The position numbers and the translations under genes were made by a program. A stretch of 64,000 nt of DNA from Candidatus Omnitrophota bacterium. Its GTDB lineage: Bacteria; Omnitrophota; Omnitrophia; Omnitrophales; Aquincolibacteriaceae. The stretch is taken from positions 1 to 64,000 of the forward strand of contig JAZDJU010000103.1 of the NCBI GenBank assembly GCA_043803685.1, written 5' to 3'. Positions 1 to 11,197 of this stretch are shown piece after piece; position 1 is the first letter of the stretch, and the number at the start of each line of letters is the position of its first letter. Under the pieces are notes generated by a model that made no database searches, was not told the DNA's origin, and was given only the letters and a program-made list of their open reading frames with translations.

Positions 1-381
1 GAGCGCCACGACCAGCGCGAAGAGATCGTGTTGGGCCGGTGGGACTCGATCTTTCAAGGCCGGAGTGCGAAGGATCGAGAGCGTGAGTCGAAAGGTCACC
101 CAAGACGCCAGGACATGGATGATGAGGTTCAGGATGTGAAAGCTCCATGTCTGGAAACCCGCGAAATAGATATTAAAGACAAAACTGAGATGGGTGAGGA
201 AACGAGGGGGGTGGTAGCGCCATAGCCTTTCAAGATTGAGAGGGTAGAGGGCGCGATTTTCCAGGATGGACGGAACATCGTCGAACTGGAAAACGCCGGT
301 GAAAGTATTCGCGTAAGCGCCGACCCCGAAGAGCAGGATCAGGAGGAAGCAGGTGCGTGCGGATAGAGATTTTAATTCCAT
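1..381 (-). CDS. TMTC-like GT-C (protein O-mannosyltransferase-like) membrane protein, N-terminal part; runs off the window start
   Basis: Manual translation from ATG at 381 (MELKSLSARTCFLLILLFGVGAYANTFTGVFQFDDVPSILEN...) is open to position 1 and is a close paralog of 397..2118; FDD motif present. Confidence 0.8.
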   Translation of the reverse strand, partial: MELKSLSARTCFLLILLFGVGAYANTFTGVFQFDDVPSILENRALYPLNLERLWRYHPPRFLTHLSFVFNIYFAGFQTWSFHILNLIIHVLASWVTFRLTLSILRTPALKDRVPPAQHDLFALVVAL

Positions 382-396
382 AGAGCGACGATGATC

Positions 397-2118
397 CTAG
401 AGCCCCTCGATCTCCACAAAATTTCCGATGAGGGGTTTGTGATTTTTTTTCTTTTTCAGATATTCCATCATGACGGCTGTTGCTTTTTGTTGATTTCCCC
501 TTTGAACATAATACAGAGCCAAGGCCGTATAGCCGCTCTTGGACAAGGGTGCCATTTCGATCGCTTTTCGAAAAGACGCGACCGCGACCTCTTCCTCCCC
601 GGTCGCGAGATCAGCGTTTCCTGATCTGACAATGGAATCAATGCTTTGAGCGAAACGCGGTTCTGTTTCGGCCAAAGAGGAGGCTTGCTTCTGGTAATAA
701 GTGCCTGCCTGGGTATTGCCGAGCTGAAAGTAAGCGGTGGCCATATTGCCAAGAAGGGTGGCCGAATAGGACCCTGTCTGGAGCGCTTTGTTGAAGTAGA
801 GAAGCGCGGTAGGGATGTCATTCTTTTCTCTTGCATAAGCTAGCCCAAGGGAACAATAACCGCGCCATTTGCGCGGAGATCTTTTGATGACATCTTGCCA
901 CAAAGTGAACGGATCTTTCCACACCTCGTTTCGGGCATAGGTCATTCCTGAAAAAATGAGAATGATGGGCAGGGAGACAGCGATGAATATTTTGACAGAT
1001 CTTGTCAGGGTCCAGAGCAGGGATGTCAGGAAAAGAGCGAACCCGAACATGGGAAGATAAAGCCGGTGTTCGAAGATCACGTCGTGCAGGGGGATGATCG
1101 ATGACTCGACGCTTAGCGTGAGAAAGAACCACAGGATCCCGAAGGTCAGGAGCCTGTTTTTTTTAAAGAGGATCAAGGCCAGGAGCAGGACGCTCAGGAG
1201 CAGCGAAAAAGCCGCCCATGTTTCGAGGTTCCCCCAACCCGAGGATAAAGGATAATCGTAATCCAGACATTGATTGACCGGAAAAAAAAGAAGTCGCAAA
1301 TAGGTCCTTATGACACGGAACTGTGTCAGGAGATAATCCCACCGGGAGATGTCCTGGGTCCAGCTGGGGAGGATGTTCATGGCCCCGCCGATGCGCTCAA
1401 ATATATGTTTGTTTATTAGAAATAGCCCAGGGATAATCGCGAGAAATGCGGCGAAGGGAGACCACCGGAGAAGTTTTTTGCCGAGAGATCTCAGGTCGGA
1501 GGGTGGGAAAAAACACAATTCTGTGAGCAAGATCGCGAACGGGAGCGAGAGGCTGATCTCTTTGGTAAGCATGGCGGCGACCATCAGGAGACAGACACTT
1601 GTGTAATGACGTACGTTCTCAAGCCGCGCTTTAAGATACACCAGAAGGGTCGCCAGGTAGAAGAGCGTTGCCAAGGAAGTCAAACGCTGGGTGATATAGG
1701 TGACGGCCTGGGTTTGTACGGGATGCATTGCAAAGACCAACGCAACGACCAGAGCGAAGAGCTCCCGTTTCGAACTTGGGATGTGGTCCTTCAGGTCTGG
1801 GGTCTCGAGGATCGATCGAGTGAATTTAAAGGCGATGATCGAGGTGAAGATGTGGATCAGGAGATTCAAGAGGTGAAAGCTCCAGGTTTCAAAACCTGCC
1901 ACATAGATATTAAAAGCAAAGCTGAGATGGGTCAAAAAACGAGTGGGTAATTCGTGCCAGATCCTCCCGAGGTTCAGAGGGTACAGAGCGTGATTGGACA
2001 GGATGCTGACAACGTCATCGAACTGGAAGGCGCTGAAGAGGGTGTTGGAATAGGCCGTGATCCCGAAGAGCAGGATCAAGAGGGAACAGGCGCGTGCGGA
2101 CAGCGGTTTTGGGTCCAT
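397..2118 (-). CDS. TMTC-like GT-C membrane protein with C-terminal TPRs
   Basis: FQFDD, HPVQTQAVTYITQR, LTKE, EHRLYLP and RNEVWKD motifs; many TM helices; TPR-like tail. Confidence 0.8.
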   Translation of the reverse strand: MDPKPLSARACSLLILLFGITAYSNTLFSAFQFDDVVSILSNHALYPLNLGRIWHELPTRFLTHLSFAFNIYVAGFETWSFHLLNLLIHIFTSIIAFKFTRSILETPDLKDHIPSSKRELFALVVALVFAMHPVQTQAVTYITQRLTSLATLFYLATLLVYLKARLENVRHYTSVCLLMVAAMLTKEISLSLPFAILLTELCFFPPSDLRSLGKKLLRWSPFAAFLAIIPGLFLINKHIFERIGGAMNILPSWTQDISRWDYLLTQFRVIRTYLRLLFFPVNQCLDYDYPLSSGWGNLETWAAFSLLLSVLLLALILFKKNRLLTFGILWFFLTLSVESSIIPLHDVIFEHRLYLPMFGFALFLTSLLWTLTRSVKIFIAVSLPIILIFSGMTYARNEVWKDPFTLWQDVIKRSPRKWRGYCSLGLAYAREKNDIPTALLYFNKALQTGSYSATLLGNMATAYFQLGNTQAGTYYQKQASSLAETEPRFAQSIDSIVRSGNADLATGEEEVAVASFRKAIEMAPLSKSGYTALALYYVQRGNQQKATAVMMEYLKKKKNHKPLIGNFVEIEGL

Positions 2119-2348
2119 AAGGTTCCATGGGTAAACGACGAGAGCGCATTATGTTCGATTTGAAGCCGATGCGCAAGGCAGTATTCAAAAAACAAATGAA
2201 AAATCGCGGGCGAAAGGAATTTGTTCGGTGAGGCTCGGTGTCAGAGCTTCGGGGCTAGCGCCGCTCTTTCGAGAACTGAACATGATCAGCTCCCAAAGGA
2301 GAAAGGTTCTTCGAAGACGCATTCAGGAGGAAGAATAAAGAGTGGGCG

Positions 2349-4232
2349 TTATTTCAGAGGTTGAGTTAAATGAGCTTGCGCTGCGGCAAGATTGATTTTA
2401 GTGGAATTGCTTTTTGGTTCGAGTTCCAGGGCCGCTTGAAAAGCCAGCGCGGCATTTCTGTGATCTTTAAGATTCATAAAGGTCATCCCCAGCCCTGTTC
2501 GAGCGCGAGCCTGTTTTGGATCTAAGGCGACGGCTTCCTGAAATAGTTTCAGGGCTTTATTATTTTCTTTCCATGTGAGATAGATAAATCCGATATCGCA
2601 ACGGAGCGATGCCTCCTGTTGAGGTTTCCGCTCCCTTTGGTACTCAGGGTTCGCTTCGATCGCGAGAGCCTTTTCGAAGTAGGGTAGCGCTTTGGCGGCT
2701 TGGCCCTGCATGAGAAAAATGTCTGCCATAGAACGATAGAAGGAGATTTTACCGATGGGTCTCACTAGTTCGATAGCCTTCTCATAGGACTCTAAAGCCT
2801 TTCCGTAGTCACGGATTTTTCGGTAATAATCGCCCAAACATATGTGAGCATGGGCATAGTCGGGTTTCAGGCGGATGCTTTTTTGAAACAAAAAAATGGT
2901 TTGAGTGGGCGAGCAGGCGGGAGTGTCGGCGCATAACTCTCCCAGATGAAGGTAGGTGAACGAGGACTTAGCGTTTTGAAGCAGGGCTTGAGTCCAAAGC
3001 GTCATGTCATCCCTGTAGTTCAGTGTAAGACGAAAACTAAAGAGCGAGAGATAAACGGTCAAGAGAGTGACGACCCCGGCGATGCTCTTTTTAAAAAAAG
3101 AAGAGGGTGTCCACGGTTTTTGAGCCCAACGGCTTCGGATCTTTGAAAAAATAAGAAGCAGGCTTAAACAAAACAATAACAGGACTGAGGGGATGGCGAG
3201 ATAGGTGAAGTGATCGGCGACATAAGAAAAACGATACCAGGCGAAGTCGATGAATCCCAGCACCGCAAAGAGCGAGAGGGCGTAAAAACAAAGAAGCGCG
3301 AAAAGTCCGCGTCCGAGGGAACGGCGTTTCCAGAACAATAGGAGATAGAGAACCATGACCCCCGCGGGATACAGCCAGTCGACGATGTGGTTTCCATTTA
3401 CGTGCCACTTGGGATAAACGGTCATAAAGGATTGGGGAAACAGGATCTGTTGAATATAGAAGAAGAAGATCCGTCCGGCCAGCAGCATTTTATGAACAGC
3501 ATCGAGGGAGGGCTGGGGGATATCCAGCGCGACGTCGTAAATATTCAAAAGGTGAAGATGGAAGAAGGCGATGACTCCCCCTGTCAGGAAAAAGGGCGTG
3601 GCGGTAAGGAAATCACGTTTGCGGAGGGTGTCTTGCTTCCACCATCCGTAGAGGAGGGGGACGAACGCAAAGCAAATGGCGATCGATTTGCTCAAAAGTG
3701 CCGCGATGAAAAAGAAAAGCGTTCTTGCGTAGGTCTTTTTTTTAGGGGCGGCATCAAAATCGAGAAAAGAATGAAATGCCAGCAGAAGGAAAAAGAAACA
3801 CAACAGGGTCTTTTGCTCGGAGATCCAGGCGACCGTTTCCACCTGGATCGGATGGATCATGAATAGCAGGGCCACGATGCCGGCGAGTCGAGGGACGTTT
3901 TCCCGCAGTAGCGCGAAAAGAAGTAAGGTGTTCAATGTGTGGAGCGTCAGACTTATCACATGGTAACCCCAAGGGTGGAGTCCCCACAGTTTATGTTCAA
4001 GCCAAATGACGGAAGAAGTGACCGGATAATACTCTGCGATCGTGGGATGGAACCAAATGTTCTTAAGCCCCGTCCAGGAGAGGATCAGCTGGTTTTTCCA
4101 GACGTAGCTGTGATCATCCCAGACGAAACCATTGCCCAAGGAATGTCCATAGATGAAAATTCCGAGCGCTAGGGTGATCAAGACCCAGAACAGTTCTTTG
4201 GGCGAGAGCTTTTCGTTCAAGAGGTCTCCCAA
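2349..4232 (-). CDS. TMTC-like GT-C membrane protein with TPR repeats
   Basis: [25 protein letters not shown] and ADHFTYL motifs; several C-terminal TPRs. Confidence 0.8.
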   Translation of the reverse strand: MGDLLNEKLSPKELFWVLITLALGIFIYGHSLGNGFVWDDHSYVWKNQLILSWTGLKNIWFHPTIAEYYPVTSSVIWLEHKLWGLHPWGYHVISLTLHTLNTLLLFALLRENVPRLAGIVALLFMIHPIQVETVAWISEQKTLLCFFFLLLAFHSFLDFDAAPKKKTYARTLFFFIAALLSKSIAICFAFVPLLYGWWKQDTLRKRDFLTATPFFLTGGVIAFFHLHLLNIYDVALDIPQPSLDAVHKMLLAGRIFFFYIQQILFPQSFMTVYPKWHVNGNHIVDWLYPAGVMVLYLLLFWKRRSLGRGLFALLCFYALSLFAVLGFIDFAWYRFSYVADHFTYLAIPSVLLLFCLSLLLIFSKIRSRWAQKPWTPSSFFKKSIAGVVTLLTVYLSLFSFRLTLNYRDDMTLWTQALLQNAKSSFTYLHLGELCADTPACSPTQTIFLFQKSIRLKPDYAHAHICLGDYYRKIRDYGKALESYEKAIELVRPIGKISFYRSMADIFLMQGQAAKALPYFEKALAIEANPEYQRERKPQQEASLRCDIGFIYLTWKENNKALKLFQEAVALDPKQARARTGLGMTFMNLKDHRNAALAFQAALELEPKSNSTKINLAAAQAHLTQPLK

Positions 4233-4294
4233 TGGCGGAAAGGGAAGAATTTTTAGTTGCGAAATTGAAATCGAATCTTATACTAAGCGAACTT

Positions 4295-5710
4295 ATGGCA
4301 CAAACATTATTTGAAAAGTTATGGAATTCGCACGTCGTAAAGACGTTCCCGGACGGGACGACGCTTCTTTATATCGATCGGCAACTGGTCCACGAGGTGA
4401 CGAGCCCGCAGGCATTTGAAGGTCTTCGTCTTTCCGGAAGGAGAGTCCGTCATCCCGAGCTGACCTTTGCCACGATGGACCACAACGTGCCGACCGATCG
4501 TGATCGTTTCAATATTAAAGATCCCATTGCCAAGGCGTCGCTTGAAGCGCTCAGCCGCAATTGCAAGGAATTTGGGGTGACCCTTTACGATCTTCATAGC
4601 GACAAGCAGGGCGTGGTGCACATTGTCGGGCCGGAGCTTGGGATCACGTTGCCCGGGACGACCATTGTTTGCGGGGACTCCCACACGGCGACCCACGGGG
4701 CTTTTGGCGCGCTTTCGTTCGGCATCGGGACTTCCGAGGTGGAGCATGTGCTGGCCACTCAATGTCTCTTACAGAAAAAGCCAAAAACTTTCAGAGTTGA
4801 ATTTACGGGAAAAGTGAAAGAACCTGTTTCCGCGAAGGACATGGTCCTTAAGCTGATCGGAATGATCGGGACAGCCGGCGCCACGGGATGCGCGATCGAA
4901 TATTGCGGTGAAGCGATCCAGGCTCTTTCCATGGAAGGACGTATGACCATTTGCAACATGACGATCGAGGCGGGCGCGCGTGCAGGAATGATCGCGCCGG
5001 ATGAGGTCACCTTCAATTACATCGCCGCGGGGAATCGCCCGTATGCGCCGAAAGGGAAAGATCTTGAAACGGCCAAGGCTTACTGGAAAACCCTTTTTTC
5101 GGACCCTGGAGCGAAATTCGATAAAGAACTCGTGATTGATGCGTCGAAGATTGCGCCGCAGGTCACCTGGGGAACCAGTCCCGGGATGGTCGCGGATGTG
5201 GACGGGTGCGTGCCGGAGCCGGACAAGGTTCCGGGCTACAGCCGGTCGGATGTTGAGCAATCTTTGAAATATATGGGGCTCAAACCCGGGATGCGGATCA
5301 CCGACATCAAGATCGATACGGTTTTTATCGGAAGTTGCACGAATGGTCGTATCGAGGATCTTCGTGTCGCGGCAAAATACCTTCAAGGTCACAAGGTCGC
5401 TTCGAATGTTCGCGTGCTCGTGGTGCCCGGTTCTCAGAAGGTTAAAAAGCAGGCCGAGGCTGAAGGTCTCGACAAGATCTTTTTGGCGGCAGGATGCGAA
5501 TGGCGTGAGGCGGGATGCAGCATGTGTCTCGCCATGAATCCGGATCAGTTGAAGCCTCAGGAACGTTGCGTCTCGACCTCCAACCGTAATTTTGAGGGGC
5601 GCCAGGGAAAAGACGGGCGCACCCATCTCGTTGGCGCGGAAATGGCGGCTGCGGCCGCTGTGGCGGGCCACTTTGTGGATGTTCGAAAGTGGCCAGGGGG
5701 TTTGTCGTGA
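4295..5710 (+). CDS. leuC: 3-isopropylmalate dehydratase large subunit
   Basis: [10 protein letters not shown] start; [31 protein letters not shown] and [10 protein letters not shown] motifs. Confidence 0.97.
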   Translation: MAQTLFEKLWNSHVVKTFPDGTTLLYIDRQLVHEVTSPQAFEGLRLSGRRVRHPELTFATMDHNVPTDRDRFNIKDPIAKASLEALSRNCKEFGVTLYDLHSDKQGVVHIVGPELGITLPGTTIVCGDSHTATHGAFGALSFGIGTSEVEHVLATQCLLQKKPKTFRVEFTGKVKEPVSAKDMVLKLIGMIGTAGATGCAIEYCGEAIQALSMEGRMTICNMTIEAGARAGMIAPDEVTFNYIAAGNRPYAPKGKDLETAKAYWKTLFSDPGAKFDKELVIDASKIAPQVTWGTSPGMVADVDGCVPEPDKVPGYSRSDVEQSLKYMGLKPGMRITDIKIDTVFIGSCTNGRIEDLRVAAKYLQGHKVASNVRVLVVPGSQKVKKQAEAEGLDKIFLAAGCEWREAGCSMCLAMNPDQLKPQERCVSTSNRNFEGRQGKDGRTHLVGAEMAAAAAVAGHFVDVRKWPGGLS

Positions 5711-6348
5711 AAGCATTCGAGAATTTCAGAGGGGTGATGTTGCCGCTCGATCGCGCCAATGTCGATACCGACGCGATCATTCCGAAACAATTCCTGAAGT
5801 CCATCGCGCGGACAGGTTTTGGGGAGTCCCTTTTTTATGATTGGCGGTATCTTCCCGGAGGAAAGGGCAATCCTGAATTCATTTTAAATCGGGAGGAGTA
5901 TCAGAACGCGACGATCCTGGTGGCGCGGAATAATTTTGGCTGTGGTTCCAGTCGTGAGCATGCCGTGTGGGCAATCTGTCAGCAGGGTTTCCGGGCGGTT
6001 ATTGCGCCGTGGTCCGGGGAAGGAGCGGGCCGGATTCCCGGGTTTGCGGATATTTTTAGAAACAACAGTGTGAAGAACGGTCTTTTGCTTCTGGAGCTTT
6101 CTGAAGCGGAAGTCGAAACGATCTTTCAAGAGGCCGGTAAGAACCCCGGTTTTGAGGCGACTATTCATTTAGTCGATCAAACGGTGACATTGCACGCTTC
6201 CCGGGAAATTTGTTTTCATTTTGAGATCGATCCTTCCGTCAAAGAACGATTCCTTCTGGGTCTTGACGATATCGGTATTACCCTCAAAGAGGGGAAGGCC
6301 ATCGGCGATTTCGAGATGAGGCATAATTCACAACTTCCTCACGCATAG
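5707..6348 (+). CDS. leuD: 3-isopropylmalate dehydratase small subunit
   Basis: [24 protein letters not shown] and FADIFRNN motifs; GTG start overlaps the leuC stop. Confidence 0.95.
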   Translation: MKAFENFRGVMLPLDRANVDTDAIIPKQFLKSIARTGFGESLFYDWRYLPGGKGNPEFILNREEYQNATILVARNNFGCGSSREHAVWAICQQGFRAVIAPWSGEGAGRIPGFADIFRNNSVKNGLLLLELSEAEVETIFQEAGKNPGFEATIHLVDQTVTLHASREICFHFEIDPSVKERFLLGLDDIGITLKEGKAIGDFEMRHNSQLPHA

Positions 6349-6495
6349 TTGAATCCCGCCTGCTTTTCCTTTCGACTTAAAGAGGTTTCTTCCATTCTCA
6401 TCAAGAAAAACCTTGGGCGAGCCGAAAATCGAATGTAATATACTGCGGACAGTCTGAGCGTGCGCTCTTTTTGAGCGCATGGGACTATTTATTAC

Positions 6496-8376
6496 GTGAG
6501 GGGTGATCCTATGGCAATACCTGGTAACAAAAAGGTCGCGATTCCCAACCTGCTCAGGGGGCCTATCCCTGATCCAGCCTCACGGAAAGAAGGAGTTCCC
6601 TTCCATAATCTTTTTAATTTTTCCAGAGTGCGCACTCCGGGCAAAAGTATTACGGGTGTCCTGGAAAAACCGGTTCTCAAGGATTCTCGTCAGGAGGTTC
6701 CCAAAGCGGATCCTGCGATTGTCAGGAGCTGGGTCGCCATGGAAGAAAAGATCGTGCACGACCACAAGGCCGCTCCTATCCCGAAAATTCAAGAAAAAAA
6801 GGGCGCGGTGATTCGCCCGAATGTTCCCGGAGCTGTCTCTTCGAAACAGGTCGCGCCGGCGCATGGTTTTTTTAATTTTTTTAAAAAACAGATTCCGGGT
6901 AACGATATTCCGGAGGTTTTGAGCCGACCTGCCGTCAGTAGTCCTCAGCTCAAGGTTGCCAAACCGGATCTCAAGGCCGTTACGAGTTGGGTCGCCATGG
7001 AAGAAAAGATCGTGCACGATCACAAGGTTGGTTCTATCCCGAAAATTCAAGAAAAAAAGGGCGCGGTTGTTCGACCGGATGATCCCGGAGCTGTCTCTTC
7101 GAAACAGGTCGCCGCGGCGCCTAGTTTTTTTAATTTTTCAAAAAAACAGGTTCCGGGTAACGATGTCTCGAAGGTTCTGAGCCGACCCCCCGTCAGTAGT
7201 CCTCAGCCCAAGGTTGCCAAACCGGATCTCAAGGCCGTTGCGAGTTGGGTCGCCATGGAAGAAAAGATGGTGCAGGCCCCCAGGATCGGTCACGATCAAA
7301 AACAGGATGAAAAAAAGCTCCAAAAGATCAAGATCGTCAGGCCCCAAGTCCAACGCACTTCGGCTTCCGCGACGTCTAAGGGAAAAGCGGCTTTCGAGGG
7401 GCTTTTTAGTTTTCTGAGATCTCAGCCTTCACGTGAGAACCCCTCAAATATTTCAAAGGACTCCAGCGAAGGCGTTACGAAAAGTCCTCTATCGGATGTG
7501 TCCCAAGTGAATGTTGCCGCTGTCAAAAAATGGGTTGCTTCGGAGGAAGCAGTCGTTCATGGCTACAAGGAGCAAAAGACATTGCTGCCGAAGGACGCGG
7601 ATCTCTCGTCCAGGGTTCCTCAAAAACAGGTTGTCTCTATGCCTGAAAGCCTTAAAACCCAGACGACCGTTCGATTGGCTCATGGAGTTCTCAGCGCCAA
7701 AGAGCCTGTTAGCGATGAGGGAATAGCTCTCGGCGGGCTGCGGAAATTTTTGTGGGTGTTGGGATGGCTTGTCGCGGGAACGCTCGTGTTTCTCTATGCC
7801 CAAGCAATTTTTTTGAGCCATCAAGCTGACCAGAAAAATGCGCGGCTTGAAAAGGAGAATAAACAGCTCGAACAGTCTTATGGCGCACTGAAGAGTGTCT
7901 CGGATGATCAGGCCGCGGAGATGATATGGCTGCGTAGCCAGCTTCAAGACATGACGTGGGAATTAAAAGACGCCCGGTCCGAGATGGTTACTTTACGGAA
8001 TACCGTCCGAACTAAGGATGAGATTGTGCAGGCTCTCAAGGCCCAAACTCAGGCTCTCGAGATGATCCTTTCTCAGCAAAGAGCGGCCGTTCTTCCGGCT
8101 GTGGCCGATGTCCCGCGCGAACGCTATTCTGCGAGGGATGCTTCGGTGGTTCGCGGGTTAGTCTCTACGATCAACGATCAACAAGGTTTTGTCGTGATCA
8201 ATTTAGGTTCTTCTCAAGGTGTTCACTCCGGGCAGTGGGTCATGATCGCCAGGTCTGAAAAAGAGCTAGCGGTCGGGCGCATCGACCGTGTCTATCCGAC
8301 CATGTCCGTGGCGAAGCTTCGCGATAAGAAAATGTTCCAGGTGATCCGTGAAGGCGATAGCGTTTATTTCTCGTAA
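6496..8376 (+). CDS. Bitopic membrane protein: N-terminal 86-aa repeats, one TM, coiled coil, C-terminal FlgT_C-like beta domain
   Basis: Three SWVAMEEK motifs at 258-bp spacing; TM LWVLGWLVAGTLVFLYA; C-terminal FVVINLGSSQGV...VGRIDRVYPTMSVA. Confidence 0.6.
   Translation: MRGDPMAIPGNKKVAIPNLLRGPIPDPASRKEGVPFHNLFNFSRVRTPGKSITGVLEKPVLKDSRQEVPKADPAIVRSWVAMEEKIVHDHKAAPIPKIQEKKGAVIRPNVPGAVSSKQVAPAHGFFNFFKKQIPGNDIPEVLSRPAVSSPQLKVAKPDLKAVTSWVAMEEKIVHDHKVGSIPKIQEKKGAVVRPDDPGAVSSKQVAAAPSFFNFSKKQVPGNDVSKVLSRPPVSSPQPKVAKPDLKAVASWVAMEEKMVQAPRIGHDQKQDEKKLQKIKIVRPQVQRTSASATSKGKAAFEGLFSFLRSQPSRENPSNISKDSSEGVTKSPLSDVSQVNVAAVKKWVASEEAVVHGYKEQKTLLPKDADLSSRVPQKQVVSMPESLKTQTTVRLAHGVLSAKEPVSDEGIALGGLRKFLWVLGWLVAGTLVFLYAQAIFLSHQADQKNARLEKENKQLEQSYGALKSVSDDQAAEMIWLRSQLQDMTWELKDARSEMVTLRNTVRTKDEIVQALKAQTQALEMILSQQRAAVLPAVADVPRERYSARDASVVRGLVSTINDQQGFVVINLGSSQGVHSGQWVMIARSEKELAVGRIDRVYPTMSVAKLRDKKMFQVIREGDSVYFS
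6727..7270 (+). repeat. Intragenic 258-bp tandem repeat
   Basis: TGGGTCGCCATGGAAGAAAAGAT at 6730, 6988 and 7246; the intervening units are near-identical. Confidence 0.9.
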
Positions 8377-8477
8377 AGCCCGATCCGTTGTTTGAATGTT
8401 TCAAGCATGACTTGAATAGCACTGACCTCCCATAGAAGATTCATGGAAGTCAGGTGGAATTTTACCTTAGGGGAATC

Positions 8478-10013
8478 ATGGCGAAGGGCATTGGAGTCTA
8501 CATCGGTCGTAATGAAGTGATGGCTGTTTCTGCGATCCGGACAGGGACGGGGCCCCAGATCCAAGCCTTTGCGATAGAACCCTTTACTTCTGATGGTCCT
8601 CAGGAGTCGTCCGTAGGTAAGGAATTATCACGACTGAAAAAAATGAGCCCCGAAGCGCGTGCTATTCTGAAAGCGCTCGAGAAGATCCAGGCTCCTCATG
8701 CTTATGTCAACGTTGCGGTGAGTCCTTTGCAGGTCGTGACGAGGCATTTTATTATGCCGTCGGTCCCTAAAAAAGATGAGCCTGGCGTCGTGAGCAGCGA
8801 AGCCACCCGCTACATCCCTTTCAAGATCTCCGAATTATCGATGGATTATAGTGCGCGCTTGACCCACAAAAACATCACTTCGGTTACGGTTACCGCGATC
8901 CGCAACGAGGTTCTCGATGCTTATCTGGAAGATCTTCGTTCGGTGTCCGCAAAAGTGCTTGTGATAGAGCCGGTTTATAATGCTGTGGCTCGAGCTTTTT
9001 CGGCTCTTAAGATGGGGAGCAAGGCCCAAGGCCACGGATTCGTGGTGCTCCAGTCCAACGGTAATGTGAACGTGACTCTTACTTCCAAGGGGATCGTCTA
9101 TTTGTCCCGTGATTTTCTTCTGAGTGGAAAACTGGAAGAAGATAAAATGAGGTTTCACAGTGAACTCAAGGCCTCCATGGAGTATTTTTACAAGCTAACC
9201 GGAGGGGAGTCGATCGGACAGATCTTCCTGGCGGGATCGGGAGGCCTGAAGATCTGGGTCGAGCATCTGGAGCACGCGTTCAATTACACCATTCGTTTTG
9301 ATGTCGTGAATCTTCCCAAGGGGAAGGACTTGCCTGCAGAAGAAGAACTCCACGGATTGTTAGTGCCCTTCGGTTTGGCGATCCGGTCACTAGGCTATCG
9401 TTCTCCTCTCGGGGATGTTCAGTTGCTGCCTAAACAAGAACGCAGGTCTGATCCTGTCCAGCTTCTTGTTTTTCTTGCGATCGAGTGTTTTCTGGTCCTT
9501 GTTCTTTTTGCGGGGATACGCCTGGCTATCTTTCAGCCGTATTTAATGCGTTTGGAGAACCAAAAAAACTCGATCCTGGGACCTCTGGACCAGGAATTTC
9601 CGGCCTATGCTTCCCGCACGACAGACGATCTTACCTCGGAGAAAGTTCAATTGGGCTCGAAGTTGGCGCAGTTGAACGGTTTCCTTGAGAAGCGGTCGGC
9701 TTCAGTCACAGCTTTTATGAAGGCGCTTGGACAGGGGCTGCCGCAATCGATCTCGCTGGACTACGTTGCGCTTGAGGATGGAACTGAAGGTGAAGCATCG
9801 GAAGTCAAAAAAGGCAAGAAGCGGTTGAATTTGAGGGGGATCTGCTATCTTGGCAATGCTGAAAAAGAAACAGAGACCGTCACTACATGGATCAAGGCAC
9901 TTAGTGGGAAGAAGATCATGGAAGAGTTTTTCGCAGAGATGAAGATCGAAGAGATCAAGCGGGAAAAATATCAAAATCGGGACATCACGCGCTTTCGGGC
10001 GCTAGGGGAATAA
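8478..10013 (+). CDS. PilM-PilN-like fusion (GspL-like alignment subunit)
   Basis: N-terminal PilM actin-like features (EATRYIPF, IFLAGSGG, GLAIR), VQLLP linker, one TM, periplasmic PilN-like domain; first gene before pilO. Confidence 0.7.
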   Translation: MAKGIGVYIGRNEVMAVSAIRTGTGPQIQAFAIEPFTSDGPQESSVGKELSRLKKMSPEARAILKALEKIQAPHAYVNVAVSPLQVVTRHFIMPSVPKKDEPGVVSSEATRYIPFKISELSMDYSARLTHKNITSVTVTAIRNEVLDAYLEDLRSVSAKVLVIEPVYNAVARAFSALKMGSKAQGHGFVVLQSNGNVNVTLTSKGIVYLSRDFLLSGKLEEDKMRFHSELKASMEYFYKLTGGESIGQIFLAGSGGLKIWVEHLEHAFNYTIRFDVVNLPKGKDLPAEEELHGLLVPFGLAIRSLGYRSPLGDVQLLPKQERRSDPVQLLVFLAIECFLVLVLFAGIRLAIFQPYLMRLENQKNSILGPLDQEFPAYASRTTDDLTSEKVQLGSKLAQLNGFLEKRSASVTAFMKALGQGLPQSISLDYVALEDGTEGEASEVKKGKKRLNLRGICYLGNAEKETETVTTWIKALSGKKIMEEFFAEMKIEEIKREKYQNRDITRFRALGE

Positions 10014-10026
10014 CGGAGTCGAACCT

Positions 10027-10572
10027 ATGCAAGCCATCAAGCTCCATGAACAGCATAAGGAATGGGCCATTAAGGTCGCGGTCGTGGTTGCGGCGATGGT
10101 GTTTTTTTATGCGGTCGTGGTTGCCCCTGTTTTTAAGAATGTGGTCGTGATGCGACAAGGTGTTGACGATGCCAAAAAACGCGCCGAATTCTATAAAGAG
10201 CTGCAGAGCCTGAGTCAGGAGATCCTGGAGAAGGAGGCTGCTTTAGCGACGATCACGGAGCGGTCCCAGATCCTTGGGCGGGTCTCGGATATCGCGGAAA
10301 AAAGCAAGGTTCGTATAGCCACCCTGACCCCTCGGACGGAGCCCAACGAAGGGTATGTCCGTTTGAGGATGGAAATGGCCGGCCAAGGCTCCTTTTTTTC
10401 CTTGTTAAAATTCTTGCAGGGGATTGAGAAGACCAAGCCTGCGCTCAGGGTCAGAGAGGTCTCGACACTGGTGCCTCCTTCCTCTTCCACGATGGAAGAT
10501 CAAAATATGTTGCATCTTCAGTTGGGATTTGAAACGCTTCTCCGACAGAACGTTAAGAGAAAAAATGCTTAA
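10027..10572 (+). CDS. pilO: PilO/GspM-like protein
   Basis: N-terminal TM, coiled coil, GSFFSLLKFLQGIEK motif; operon position. Confidence 0.7.
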   Translation: MQAIKLHEQHKEWAIKVAVVVAAMVFFYAVVVAPVFKNVVVMRQGVDDAKKRAEFYKELQSLSQEILEKEAALATITERSQILGRVSDIAEKSKVRIATLTPRTEPNEGYVRLRMEMAGQGSFFSLLKFLQGIEKTKPALRVREVSTLVPPSSSTMEDQNMLHLQLGFETLLRQNVKRKNA

Positions 10573-11197
10573 AACGAGCCGATTTCTTTCCGGATTTTTT
10601 TTGCTCATATTGGGAGTTTCGCCCGTTGCGTTTTGCGCTTCGGACCCCCTAGCAAGTGGGACTTCCCCGACGAAGGCCGCGGGGACGTCTCAGGCTCCAG
10701 CTCCGGCTCTCACGGAGCCCGTTTCGGGTATTGATACGGCTATTCAGAAGGCCCAGGAGGAGGTTCGGGATCCCTTTGCGATTACAGCGGAAACCAAGGC
10801 CGCTGTAACAGCCGCTCCTGTGACATCCGCCGCGCTGGCCGCGCCAGTCGTTACGGTGTTGTTGGAAGGTATTGGTTTTGGGAACAAGGATGCTTACGCT
10901 CTTATCGGAGGAGATGTCTATTTTGTCGGCGACGACAAAAATGGAATAAAATTAGTTGAAGTTCGCAGAAGGGAAGTCGATGTACTAGTGAACGGTGGAT
11001 TGATGACAGTGTCGCTGTTTCCTAAGGAGGAGCTTCAAAAGATCAGGGATCGCGCCGACAAAAAAGCGGCTACAATGAATGCTCTTCAGGGACAGCCCGT
11101 GGAGGGCGTGCCGTCTTTTGTGGCTCCCGGGGACGAAGCCTCCTCTCAAACGTCGACGCCTTTACCCAGGTTGGAAGGAGATACATTGCCAACATGA
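10565..11197 (+). CDS. PilP/GspC-like exported protein
   Basis: Signal peptide from ATG 10565; RDPF motif and LEGIG...ALIGG...VGD; lies between pilO and the secretin. Confidence 0.6.
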   Translation: MLKTSRFLSGFFLLILGVSPVAFCASDPLASGTSPTKAAGTSQAPAPALTEPVSGIDTAIQKAQEEVRDPFAITAETKAAVTAAPVTSAALAAPVVTVLLEGIGFGNKDAYALIGGDVYFVGDDKNGIKLVEVRRREVDVLVNGGLMTVSLFPKEELQKIRDRADKKAATMNALQGQPVEGVPSFVAPGDEASSQTSTPLPRLEGDTLPT

